A DNA stretch of 64,000 nucleotides from Octopus vulgaris (lineage: Eukaryota): contig OX597830.1 of NCBI GenBank assembly GCA_951406725.2, positions 47,306,001-47,370,000 of the forward strand, in the 5' to 3' direction. The first letter of the stretch is position 1. Every line of letters starts with the position of its first letter. A model generated the notes under the pieces. That model was not told where the DNA came from. It was given only the letters and a program-made list of their open reading frames with translations, and searched no databases. The translations under genes were made by a program, and so were the position numbers. Shown here in pieces: positions 26,081 through 39,741 of this stretch.

Positions 26081-27354
26081 TCCTAAATATGTATGAAAGG
26101 CGTAGCTGAACAATTTCCAAATAATTGACATGATGTAAGGTTGACAATACTGTACATAAACATAAGTTTAATTTCCAGCATGGACACAGGAGATGCCTCT
26201 GTGGTGTCACGGTCCCCAAACTAAACTACAGTTGAGCAGCAGCAGCAGCAGCAGCAGCACAGTTGGATTTCTGTCAGGCCCTACACACGTTTCCTTCCAG
26301 TCAGGATTCATTTGTTTTGTGTGTGTCCTACATTGCCATGGGTTACACAAATGTATTCAAAAGGCACTGCTTTACAGCTGGGTGCTCTTCCTGTTGCCAA
26401 CTGTTAACTATTTTTAAAATAAAGGTCAACATGTGTTCAAATTCCATGACTTTGAACACACAAAATCAACAAACGATTTGTTGAGAAGAGAAATGATGAC
26501 GACATCACTGCTTGTCGCTCAGTGATTCATGGAGGAGTATGACGGTGAACACATGGACACACAAACAAACATGCACACTCACACACATAGTAGGCTTCTT
26601 TCAGTTTCCTCAACCAAATCCATTCGCATGGCTTAGTTTCCCAAGTTCAGTAGAAAACACTTCACAACAGAACTGAACCAAAAGTCACAGGATGGAGGAA
26701 TGAACTTGAGCACACAGCCAAGCCTATATATATATATATATATATATATATCAATAAGGATAAGATCGATATTTAAAATACTGATCCTATTAGGTGGCCA
26801 GCATGGGAATAAAAACCTTTCAAAGGTAATAATTATTGAAAATTATAATTTAGGGTATCTAAGAGACACCACCACGCTGGAAATAGCAGTCAAAACTTGA
26901 CTCTAAAACTAAATTAAATGCTCATACAACACCAGGTGCTGCTATTTGGACTGCTATTTCCAGCGTGGTGGTGTCTCTTAGATACCCTAAATTATAATTT
27001 ATATATATATATATATATAAGTATATATATATGTATATGGGTGTGCTTGTGTGTGAAGGTGCAATGGCCTAGTGGTTATGATTGTTGTGCTCACAATGTT
27101 CAGATTGTGTGTTCAATTCCTGAACAGAGCAGCATGTTGTGTTCTTGAGCAAGACACTTCATTTTCACACAGCTCCATTCCGCTGAAAATATGTAACCCT
27201 GAATTGAAACAGTTTTCCAATCAGTGGGGCAGGGGGTTGTTTGGCCTGCTCACCTCACCAGATGGGTAGCATTATCTGAAAGCTAAAACAAACAATGTGA
27301 AGTGCACTGTGGCCAGTGATGTATATCAACACTGAATGGTCTGGTCGATACCAG

Positions 27355-27390
<36 letters not shown>

Positions 27391-27990
27391 CACACCAAGT
27401 AAGTTAGGGGTTGTGGATCCAACCCACTAAGGGATAATACTTATCCAATATAGTGTTGGTATAATACCCAAATTATTAAATACACAAGTGTTTTTAATTG
27501 CAATGCAATTAACTTATTTATTGTATTAAATGGGTGAAGGTTAAGAAATATTTTACCATTAATTTATAATAGAAATAAGAGAATGGAGAAACAATTTAGT
27601 TGGTTCATCAGCTTTAGATATTAGAATGTTGACTTATTTATTTATTTAACAAAAACGAGACCTTAATAACACATTATAATTGTGGTTAAGGTTCTTGTTT
27701 TTGTTAAATAAATAAATAAGTCAACATTCTAATATCTAAAGCTGATGAACCAACTAAATTGTTTCTCCATTTTCTTATTTGTATTATATATATATATAAC
27801 GTGTGTGTATGTACATTGTACGGCGCCAGGAGTGTCTAAATAGCATCTAATCATCACTAATTCACAGGAGTGGACAGTATAGGAAATGCATGGAGTGATT
27901 GTTGGGGTTGTGGTAATGATTGGGCTGGTCTCTATGGCAGGGGAGAAAATAACCAGAATTCTAAGAACTGAAAGCATAAGTTCTACTTAC

Positions 27991-28168
27991 AATACCCATT
28001 CTCATGATTAACTGGTCCGTGACTGGGTACCTAAGCCTCATTTTCTTGTAGAGAGGATTCTTTTCATGATATTTTATCAGGTTGAGTAAACTCTCAAACT
28101 GTGCAGTACCGATCGTGAAGAGGCGACCCTCTTGTTTAATTCGGCAGTGCTTTATTTTACCTTCACAC
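27991..28168 (-). CDS. PLCG: PLC-gamma exon, cSH2 second half: CEGKIKHCRIKQEGRLFTIG...PLYKKMRLRYPVTDQLIMRMGI
   Basis: ttcag/GTAAG, phase 2-0; EGKIKHCR and PLYxKMxLRYP motifs. Confidence 0.96.
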
Positions 28169-28392
28169 CTGAAGAATTTAGATGGGGAAAAAAAAACACA
28201 ATTTTAATTTACAAAAAGCAATTAAATTATTCACATCTCAGTTAATTTCTTCTTCTTATTGTTATTATTATCATATCTCCCCTATTGTTATTATTGTCAT
28301 ATCTCATCTATTGTCGGCCACATTTAAATTTTATACATGCATAAAGACCCTAAATGAAGAGGGTTCTCCCTATTTACCCATACACTCATCTC

Positions 28393-28782
28393 TCTATATA
28401 TATAAAGCTGAAGTTATCTGTGTATGGCAGGTTTAGTAGCCTTCAATTAACACTATCTCTTCCGAGACCCTGTGGTGCAAGTTGACCAAAATTGAAAGTA
28501 TGATAGAAGAAGGCTTGCTCTTCCTTCTGTAGAAGAAAGAATTCAAATCAGACCATGTTAAGACCAAAAATTTTACATCAAAAAGGTGCTTTTTTTTCTA
28601 TGAAAATCCCCTATTTTTTACGATTTTGTGACAGCTGTGTTGCCATTTTTCGGTGTATTTCAACCAGAAAAATGTTCACTTAAAGAGAATAACAAGCTAC
28701 ATAATGCAAAATTTTTACTTTTCAAAAATTTCAATTCTAATGGGTCAAAACAAACCCGAGCAATGCCGGGCGATACTGCTAG
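28393..28782 (+). mobile_element. Non-autonomous Helitron
   Basis: 5' TCTATATATATAAA; 3' hairpin CCCGAGCAATGCCGGG, then CTAG|T. Confidence 0.75.
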
Positions 28783-28848
28783 TATACATATATGTACACT
28801 TCACAAATATGGTTTTAATAAAGAAATCTTGTCCTTTCCTCTTCTTAC

Positions 28849-28971
28849 CTGAAGGATATCACAAATGCATACTGGTCTGTTTCACTTCTCCTCACCAAAA
28901 AGGCACCATCACGTGGAATTCTTTTCAATTTATCTTCAGCAGTAGCTCGATCAATATCACCATAAAACCAC
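28849..28971 (-). CDS. PLCG: PLC-gamma exon, cSH2 first half: [40 protein letters not shown]
   Basis: atcag/GTAAG; PRDGAFLVR motif. Confidence 0.96.
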
Positions 28972-30123
28972 CTGATGAAAGAAATACATAATATGGGGAA
29001 ACCCTCAAGAAAAATACATGGTAAATGGCGTACATGTATGATAAATTTAAATAAGGAATGGATGATGTACAAGAGCCATTAGGTCCAATTTACAATCAGA
29101 ACCCGAGTTTAGATTCAATGACAATGTTGACTGAGATGAGGAGGGTGGCTGGGGTCTGTGACCTACCCTGAAGTAACTTGGATTTGAATTCAGTGCAACT
29201 TGCTGATAAAATGATTGTGTGTAATCCTGCCAGAATTGTTGTTTTCATCCAGTAATTCATAAAATTAATCTTCCTTTGACAAACCAGAAGAGAACAATGA
29301 AACAGCAGGATCTTTGTCAGAACTATACAACTGGAGTGTCACATCATGTCAGTACAATCCAGTGAGGAGTTTCCATCACTTCTTGGCCGTTCGTTGATTA
29401 AATGCTGGCGTTAGGAAGGGCATCCAGCTGTAGAAACTTTGCCAGATAAGACCGGAGCCTGGTGCAGCCTTCTGGCTTCCCAGATCCCCGGTCAAACCGT
29501 CCAACCCATGCTAGCATGGAGAACGGATGTTAAACGATGATGATGATGATGATGATGATAGTCTAATAATGTGAACTTTATGAATGTAACTTTATGTATA
29601 TCATCATTATCAATGTTGTCGTTTAACATCTGCTTTCCATGCTGGCATGGGTTGCATGGTGTAACAGAAGGCTGCACCAAGTTCCAATCTAATCTGGCAA
29701 AGTTTCTAAAGCTGGATGCCCTTCCTAATGCCAAGCACTCTGAGAGAGTAGTAGGTGCTTTTACGTGCCACTGGAACGAAGGCCATTCAGGCAGATCTGG
29801 CAACGACCACGCTCAAAAGGTTTTTTTACATGCTACCTACATGGGAGCCAGTCTGGCGGCACTAGCAACAACCACGCTCGAATGTTGTTTTTCACATGCC
29901 ACCGGCACACGTGCCAGTATGGCGATGCAGGCAACGATTACGCTCGAATGGTGCTTTTCACATGCCACCGGCATGGAAGCCAATCTGTGGCCCTGGCAAC
30001 GATCATGCTCAAATCTTGAAAAACTAGCGAAGATCTTGAGTACAACTGATCTTCCTGTAAATCATTAAAAAAAGACATAAAAAGCAATTAAAAAAGAATA
30101 AAAGGGAAAGTCAGAGGACTTAC

Positions 30124-30324
30124 TCTTTGCCCTCGTGGCACTGTGGCTGTGGAATGGGTTCTTTTAGAGTGAGCTCAAAGTCAGAGCTGCGGAGTGGATT
30201 CTGTCTGTAATAGGTTATTAGTGAGTACAAACTGTCAAACAACAATGTGTCGATCAAGTAATACTTCAGCTGACCACGATCCTGCTTGGACTTGATACGA
30301 CAATGATTTACATTGGATTTCCGT
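30124..30324 (-). CDS. PLCG: PLC-gamma exon, nSH2 second half: RKSNVNHCRIKSKQDRGQLKYYL...EPIPQPQCHEGK
   Basis: ctag/GTAAG, phase 2-2; HCRI and FDSLYxLITYY motifs. Confidence 0.95.
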
Positions 30325-33300
30325 CTAGAATGAAACAAAGGCAAGATGGGAGATGAAAAAACAGAAAGAAAAAAATGAGAAAATAATAATAATAAAAAAA
30401 GAAGATAATAATAATAAAAAAAAAAGAATTTGATGCAACAAGTTCAAAGTTTTCTCTCAGTTTACAATTAGCTTAGCAATTAATGATAATTAGCTACAGG
30501 AAATAACAAAGCTGAGAATAATAATTGCAATAAAACACAACAGAATTCCAAGTGATAACAAATGTAATTACATACTTTCCTTCAAAATTACTCATAAATG
30601 TATGAAAAAGAGACCAAGGGAGCTGCTACATGTTGGTGTGACATGTTAAAAATAGCAGTCAAATCTTTCCCACATCATAAAAAAAATTGCTCTAAGTGAG
30701 GAAGGACACAATGATATACTGGCCTGGAAAAGATAGGATGATAGGTCTGCTTGATCAGGGCTGACCTGGGGCTAAAACGGCAACAACAAACAAATGCATG
30801 GTTTCTTAAAAGAATTCCAAAACATAAACTGAAAAGGTAATCAATATTGGATGGGGAAGATTCTTTGAGAGAAAACATCATGTGAAGGTGGAGGTGGTCA
30901 TGGTGGGATCCACTGACAGATTTCCATTACTAAAAGGATTTCATCCCAAAGCAAATGGTTCATACACAAACATCCTGCTTGAAACACCTCCCTACACACA
31001 CAAACTAAAGCCCCAAGCAGACCCCTTGCAGTACAGCAGCGCTAGTTACAACACATCCAAACGGTGCCGTAGCTTCATCCACCAAATGCTATTTACCTAT
31101 TCGTATAAAAACTACAGAGATTACCTTCAAAGGAACAACAGATGTTTTCAGGGACCACAGAGCCCCAAAGATCACACATTCCCTTAATTGCAGTGGATTG
31201 CTTGCCGAGAGATTTTCTAATGCTGCAGAAACCCTATTTATTTTTACCATTCTACAACCAAAATGCTTCTGTAAGTGACACTCCTGTAAATAATAAAACT
31301 ACCATATTTTCTACCCAGTTTGCTTCTAATTCTTCAATACTTCAAACACACACACAACAAAATCCCTGCATTATTTACATTTGACGGATATTTGTCCTCA
31401 TCGTGTTTGTTGTTAACACAATGTTTCGGCTGATATACCCTCCAGCCTTCATCAGGTGTCTTGGGGAAATTTTGAACCTAGGTTCTCATTCCTAAGGTAT
31501 TTCTCATTTTTATTATTATTATTCAAGGCATATAGCGAATGATATACGGATGATGCCAATGTCTACCTCCCCAACCTTTTTTTTTTTATTTTACCAATGC
31601 CCCTCTTAGATTCCTTTTTTTATTCTACTGGACCCTCATAGCCATTCAATGTTTTAAAAAAAAATCCCATTAGACTTTTATAATTAGATGTTAGGAATTG
31701 TATTTAAAAGATTGTTTAAATGTTCTGTGTACTGAACAAGAATAACCAATCTATTGCAGATAAATTTTAACAACAGAAGCTTGAATGGATCCTCCCCGGG
31801 TCATACGAACCCTTGTTGAGAACCCCTGCTCTAACGAGTTCCCTTTGTTTCAGCTTTTTAATAATGAACAAATAATTCAAATTCTTCCTTTTGCACTTTG
31901 GAATTCTGCAAGGATTGCTGCTTTGTTTCAGTTCTATGGCAGTGTATGCGGAATAAATTTTCCCTGGATAGGTCACCAGCATATAACAACTAACATTTAC
32001 AGGTACCAAATGTCAGTAGTTGGGAGATGTATACCACAGAATCTAGTATGTATTTGCTTAAATTCACAAAGAATTTTCTATTGTCTTTGAATAAAAAGAT
32101 CCTTCAGCTGATGAACTGAGCGATCCCTAGATACAAACTGAGTCACAGAAAAAAGGGACACATTCAAAGCAAGAATTATAGAAAATTGTTCTGTCATCTT
32201 CATCATAACACATTTTAATGTCAGTCCAAGAACCAATGAGAAGAGTTTCCGCATGTGGATACTAAACCTTCCAGAAATAACAGTCACATTTCCCTCAAAT
32301 TATCTTCTCTCGTTTAAGAATAGAAAGAAAACAATGGATAATATAAACGTACATAAAACATGTCTGGAACAAAACAAAACCATAAAGAATGGTCATGGCT
32401 GGAACATCCGTTGATCCAAGACTACTTTGGGGTTCTTCATAATTAAACCCACACACCTGTTTTCATGCCCAAATATTACTCTATCTCATTTTCTTGAGTT
32501 AAACATGCAAGTTAGGATTGTGTTTTCCTTAACCCCTAAAATGATTTAAGAAATCCTTATATGCTGTAATCTAGAACATTACCAGAGACCTTACTGTGTC
32601 CCTTGTAATGGTGTCTGATCACAGGTATGTATGCATGCATATGTAATAATCATCATAATTTCTATGGGTATGCATTTTTCTCAGGGTTGGCAGGATTTGC
32701 AAAGATCCCATTTCTTCTTTACACTCATAAAAATCTTTCAATAATCTGAGAAGAAAAAAACTGGACAATTTTGCTGTTGTACAGGTCATTGTTGGTTTTA
32801 TGTCTTTTGTTACGGCTGGGTGCTCTTCCTGTCACTTAACAACATCAACTGTGGATATGAACATACACACACACACACACACACACCTAAATTCGTCTGA
32901 GATAATTTTGCAAACAACAATATTTTTGTGCTATTCTAAACACAGCTGTTTTGTTGAAATATTCCATCTTTTTCTTGTCTCTCCAAACAAATAAACCCAC
33001 ATCCATACAGAGTTACATGCAAGTATATATATGTTGGCATATATGAATAAGTTATAAGCTAACAACTGAGATTTTAATACAATCTGGAATCCATAATAAC
33101 AGCAAACTCACTGAAGTCAATCAAATTGTTCATCTCGTTAATTAATGAATTCCAAATGAAGCAGATTGACATTTATATTTTTATAGGGGAGAGGAAAAAC
33201 ATCAAACTCCTTGTTGTGTAAATCAAAGTATATTTCCTCACTAAAGAACAGATGAATGGTTCAATTCCCTTCAGTGGATTTCATGTCGTTTTTATGGTCC

Positions 33301-33567
33301 AAAATTGTTATTTGCAGCTTTCTAGTGTTTATATCATCATCACCAGCAACCTTTTCATGTTCATTTATCATGCCAGCAGAGGGAGGTTGGATGAAAATGC
33401 CATACAGCACATCCTTACTAAGCCTGGTCTTTCGTCATCTCATCTATGCAGTCCCACCATCGAATATCACAACTCCTTACATTTGCTTCTGCCCTGCATT
33501 CACAGAATTCCCAACATTTACCACACATTTCCACCCTACATTCATCATCCACCTCATTTGTACGCAT

Positions 33568-33625
<58 letters not shown>

Positions 33626-33658
33626 TATACATATATATATACACATATATATATATAC

Positions 33659-33697
<39 letters not shown>

Positions 33698-36600
33698 GTC
33701 ACATTACACAGCCAACAGGGAAGCTTGTGTGACTCATTTCTCTACAGTTTAATTAACTAATTAAATAATTCCCATGTTTCTCTCTCATGCAACACCACAC
33801 TTCCGATGCATGCGCCATACTGTGTGCCTTTTGCAGGGAAACAGATCACTACTAAACATTTTAATAAAATCTAAGGGAGATTGGATGATGAAGTTAAACA
33901 TTTTTTTTATAAAAGAACAAAAAAAAGCGAAAAGCTGGATTAGCAATTAACTAACGAACAAAAACTCTCTTCCCTTGCATCCCCGCCCCTGCAAATTCTT
34001 TCTCCTAACGGTCTAGAATTGAAATTTGAAGCCAATTTATAAACAAAGAAGCACTGTGAAGGTGAAAGTATGTTTTGGGTTGGGTTTTTATGGGGATTTT
34101 GCTTTTCAGGGTTTGCTGGTGCCACAGATGCAGCCAGATGGGGACATTAACAACAGCCAGTAAAATGGGTTTACTTACCAGGGTTTTAGAGAAAATAAAA
34201 AAATCTTTAAGAATAAAAAAAAAACAACAACAACAGTTTAGCCAAATATTTTACAGAAATTTCAAATTGACAATTAAAAATCAATAACAAAAACAGGAAA
34301 ATAATGTTCTCAGACTTTTTGGAATTGCAACTTAAAACTAAAATCTTTTAAGTGAATCCTAAATATGAAAAATGAGAATTGGAGTAACAATGTGAAATTT
34401 TAATCCTAAAAATAAGAACGTTTTTTGTTTCCATTTCTTGGAGTAGAGAAATCTAAACGATATCTGGAAAAAGTTCCTTTTTTACGTCATAACTTTATAG
34501 AATGAAGGTTTCCAATAAACAGCAGTGATTTAGTGTTTAGAGTTAAAATATTTGATATTCTTTACATAACTTCATTTCCATCAACAATAATGCTTTCAAA
34601 TTTTTGCACAAGGCAAGCATTTTTGAGGGGAGGGGGAGTAAGTCAATGGCGCTGGCACAGTACATGACTGGTACTTTATCTTAACCCCAAAAGGATAAAA
34701 GGTAAAGTTGACTTTGGCATTAATGGAACTCAGAAAGTAAAAACGCCAGAAGCATCTTGCCTGAGGCACCAACAACTCTGCCAACTTGCATCCACCCCCC
34801 ATGTCTTACATTTTACCTTCACAATAACAGAAAGAATTAATGTACAAAGTTGATGCTCACAAACCAAAGATCCATCCTAAGAATCTGATTGACGTAATGA
34901 CCCATCAACCATAGATCAACACACAAATGACTAAATGCAAAGATAAATTTCACAGAGGAAGGGTATAAGTAGCCACAGTGAATTACTGGTTGTTTAATTT
35001 CACCCACAAAGGTGAATTGAAATTAGATTGTAGAAATATAACACTCAATACTATAATTCTTGTAACAAAGAAGAAACATTCTCTAAGAATTAATACAAAG
35101 AAGAAAGTGAAGTAGATCTTGTACTCTGATTAGCAGTGTGTCCCCAACAGAGATGTTTTCAGTAGATTTGTATTTCATGGGAACATAAACAGACCCTTTC
35201 GAGAGAGCTGAATACTGAGTAGATATAAGTTATACATTGACAGTTAAACACACACATTTGACTGTCCGTGTACAAATTGTAGATGGTCTTGACTCACATG
35301 CATGAATATCTTGTGAGTTTGTTGTTGATTCTTTAAATTACACAGAAATCTATCCTGGCGTTGGTTTTTGCTATTCTACTGCTTTTCTACATGTTAAAAA
35401 TTGACAGAAATCTTTACACTGAGAACTTCAAACACTTAGAGTAATGGCTCTCAACCCTTTTTGGCTTAGTGACTCCTTTCAATAAACAGTATTCTACAAA
35501 TGCCCTCTCCACAGATTATTTTAATAAAACAAAAGCTAATCTTATATATTAGTTTAACATCAGTCCTCTCTCTGCTCCCTGATGACATAATTGCCTACTT
35601 ATATATTCTAATCCCAAAGATGTTTTTAAATGTAAGTATTGTATCTGATTTAAATAACACATTTTTGGCACACAAATTGAATTTTTCAGACCTAAATTGA
35701 TAGCCAAAAAAAAAAAAAAGGTGGCTCAACTCACACACCAAGACAAATTCAGAGAATGAAAAATTCCAAGTGAAATGCAACAGGATTTCAAAAGATAATA
35801 ACAATGTTTGAATAATTACGCTACATGTTTACATTACATGCTTGTATGTTGGAAAATGCAGTACTTCCTTTCTGTCAAAAAAGTCACAACCCCTCTAAAC
35901 ACACACTGCCCCACATAGCCCCTTCACCTTGACATTTGCTGTCCCTTTGGAATCTCACAGTACCCTTCAAGGCTAAGAACCACTGCTTTAGAACAATGTC
36001 ACTAATAGTCAAATACTTGACAACTCAGGCAATCAAATCAAACAGGGGATAATGGTTGCTACAACAGTTTCTTCATCAAATTAAATGAGTAATGAAACAA
36101 ACATGTGATAACTCGGAACCAAATTAGATAGAAGACATTTGGTAATGCAGCCAATCAAATATTTGGGTGATAAGCAACAGGACTAAATTATAAGTAATTA
36201 ATTTAACATTCAATGGTGGTTCAGGGAATTAAATTACGACAAGCCAATTAAAAATCTTAATTGATCATCGTCGTCATCATCATCAGCAACTCTCAATACA
36301 TAAGTTGGTCTTACTCTTTGAGTACAATGACAAATGTACTGCATATTCCATTCTCTTATCAGTCTCATAAATTAGTGGTGAGTATAACAGCTGTTGAAAG
36401 ACTTGCTCAAGCACCAAGTGCAGGTTCAATTTTAACATCCATAAAGTTAGGCTTGTCTTAATTGCTGCTATGACGACTGTGATTTGTACAGTGAAGTTAG
36501 AGATGCAGATATTCTTGATACCACTGGGTTCTTCCCCTGCAATCCCACAATTAATGCTCTGAGCCACTTTAAGTCAGCATCTTGAGTAGCTCATTCACTC

Positions 36601-37569
36601 AGCAATGTTGCAGACAGGTGCTTCACAACCTTTTCAATACCATGAACCCATATTTTCTATATTAATTTTCTTATGGATCCCAGCTTTGTCAAATGCCTCT
36701 CAACTCAAGAGGCTAAATTTATTAACAAACCACAAACTTGTTTCATTTCTCAGTCGAAAGGTAAAATGCGAATGAAGAATTATAAATAACTTTTATACAG
36801 CAGCATTTAAAATTTTAAACACAAATCACACACCCATTACGGCTTCTTACTGCTATCTCTACTGCCCAGGGCAAAATACCCATTCATAATATCCACTTCC
36901 GGCCATACCATATATATACATCTGTTTGTTTTGTACACCACCTGTCTTCGTCTTTTGTTTTTTTTGTAAACTCTCCCTATATATAAATATATATATATAT
37001 ATATAAATAAAATACCTATCACACATGTTCCCCTCCCAGACTTTCATGCAGCTCATTCCAGTGTTTGGTTACTATTGGCACCCACCTAAGCACTTCTAAG
37101 ATATTCTCTTGATTTTTTGATTGCTTCATTCATTCATAGATCTAACATACATTATCACTAATATGTACTTTCATAAATTAATTATTTAAATTGTCTCTTC
37201 AATATGTAACTTCCTAATCTCTCTCTCTCTCAGCTTTAGTCTTTCTCCTTAAGTCTTCATCAAATTTCCAAAGCCTTAGTTTTCTTTTTTCTCCTGTATT
37301 TTCATTTAAAAACATCTTTGGGATTAGAATATATAAGTAGGAAATTATGTCATCAGGGAGCAGAGAGAGAGAGGACTAATGTTAAACTAATATATAATAT
37401 TAGCTTTTGTTTTATTGAAATAATCCGTGGAGAGGGCATTTGTAGAATACTGTTTATTGAAAGGAGTCACTAAGCCAAAAAGGGTTGAGAGCCATTACTC
37501 TAAGTGTTTGAAGTTCTCAGTGTAAAGATTTCTGTCAGTTTTTAACATGTAGAAAAGCAGTAGAATAGC

Positions 37570-38300
37570 TACTTAGGTGACCAAGTCTGTAGTTGGGGTG
37601 GATGCTCTGAGAAGGTTGCCACTAGAATAAAAATAGCCTGGGCAAAGTTCAGAAAGTTCTTACCTCTGCTGGTAACAAAAAAGAGCCTCTTGTTCAGAGT
37701 GAAAGGTAGACTGTACGATGCATGTGTGCGAACAGCTATGCTTCACAGGAGTGAAACATGGGCCATGACTGTTGAGGACATGTGCAGGCTTGAAAGAAAT
37801 GATGCTAGCATGATCCACTGGATGTGTAATGTCAGTGTGCACACACAACAGAGTGTAAGCGCCCTGAGAGAAATGTTGGACATAAGAAGCATTGGATGTG
37901 GCATGCAGGAGAGACATTTGTGTTGGTATGGTCATGTAGTACAGATGGCTGAGGAAAGTTGTGTGAAAAAGTGTCACTCCCAAACAGTGGAAGGAACCTG
38001 TGGAAGAGGAAGACCCAGGAAGACATGGGATGAGGTGGTGAAGCAAGACCTTCGAATGTTGGGCTTCACAGAGGCAATGACAGGAGACCGAGACAGGATA
38101 CTGGTTCCAATACCGGTGGCACGTAAAAAGCATCCACTACACTCTCGGAGTGGTTGGCATCAGGAAGGGCATCCAGCTGTAGAAACCTTGCCAGATCAGA
38201 ATGGAGCCTGGTGCAGCCTACTGGCTTGCCAGCCCCCAGTCAAACCATCCAACCCATGCTAGCATGGAAAATGGATGTTAAACAACGATGATGATGATGA
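37570..38300 (+). mobile_element. 5'-truncated RTE-clade LINE
   Basis: YLGD, then KGRLY..CVRTAMLH.SETW, WYGHV and RGRPRKTW motifs; 3' UTR ending in (GAT)n. The same tail recurs at ~3800-4003, 4490-4724, 13290-13517, 24996-25355, 29405-29558, 29615-30010, 46017-46226, 53728-54085, 57340-57630 and 61503-61817. Confidence 0.85.
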
Positions 38301-38864
38301 AATCATAGACCCCCTAGGTATGTGTGGATCCCAGGTTGGAAAATCTTACTTAACCAATGGCTGTAGCATGGAAATAAAGAATGTAAAAACGATGACACTG
38401 ATGATGATGATGATGCAGCAACACTGCATTGGCACTGTAACAACGGTTGGCTGCCAATAATCTACCATTATGTAAATAAAATATGTATGAACACACTTGT
38501 ATGTAATATTGTAAGAACTTGTAGCATCACAGTCAATGTTTTGACAGAACCAAAGAATATTTCCATGAATGCAGTCACAAACAGAAGAAGAAGAATTAGA
38601 ATTTAGAAACCACACAGTCAGTAAAAATACCAAAAGACATTCCATCTGTCAGTCGAAGAATTCCATCCATTCCACAACCTTGTATTGGAAACCTTTACTA
38701 TTGATTTGCCACTTCTCTGCTCACTTCCCAGGGAAATCATGAAGTTGACCATGAAGGGATTTGAACTCAGAGCACACAGTATCACAACAAATGATAGAAA
38801 GTATTGTAACCAATGCTAGAACAAACTCTCTGTTCATTCCCCACCATTTATCAGTCAACATCTC

Positions 38865-39185
<321 letters not shown>

Positions 39186-39709
39186 AGTGACTCCTGATGA
39201 GTTGTAACAATGATGAAACACATCAGTGCAACCCTTACTCTAATTTCATGAAATCCTGGCATTTTAACCAATGTTGACCATAATTTCATGGCAAAACTAA
39301 ATTATATCTTTATCAAAGACATGGAAATGGCTCTCCATATATTTCTTCACCCTGTATTGTAAAGTGTAATGGAAACTGCAACATGTTATTTTCTCAAGAT
39401 GACATCAGCTTAAGAGAACAGGTTGTATGTGAGAATTGAACTTGGTTTGATCAATTGATTTATCAGAAACTTATCTCTCTCTCTCTCTCTCTCTCACATA
39501 TACACACACAAAAAAAGAAACAAACCAACAGGCTTATGTAAAAGAAATTCACTTGCTTGTATGCTGAGGGCACTAAAACGGTGAATGTTACTTCACAACT
39601 AAAATGGGTTCAGACCGGAACCCACTGGGCAAATAGGTTCTACTCTGGCTTCAAGTTCATAACTTGAAACGGAAATTTGATGAACATCAACTGTGAGGAT
39701 GTCCTATCA

Positions 39710-39741
<32 letters not shown>

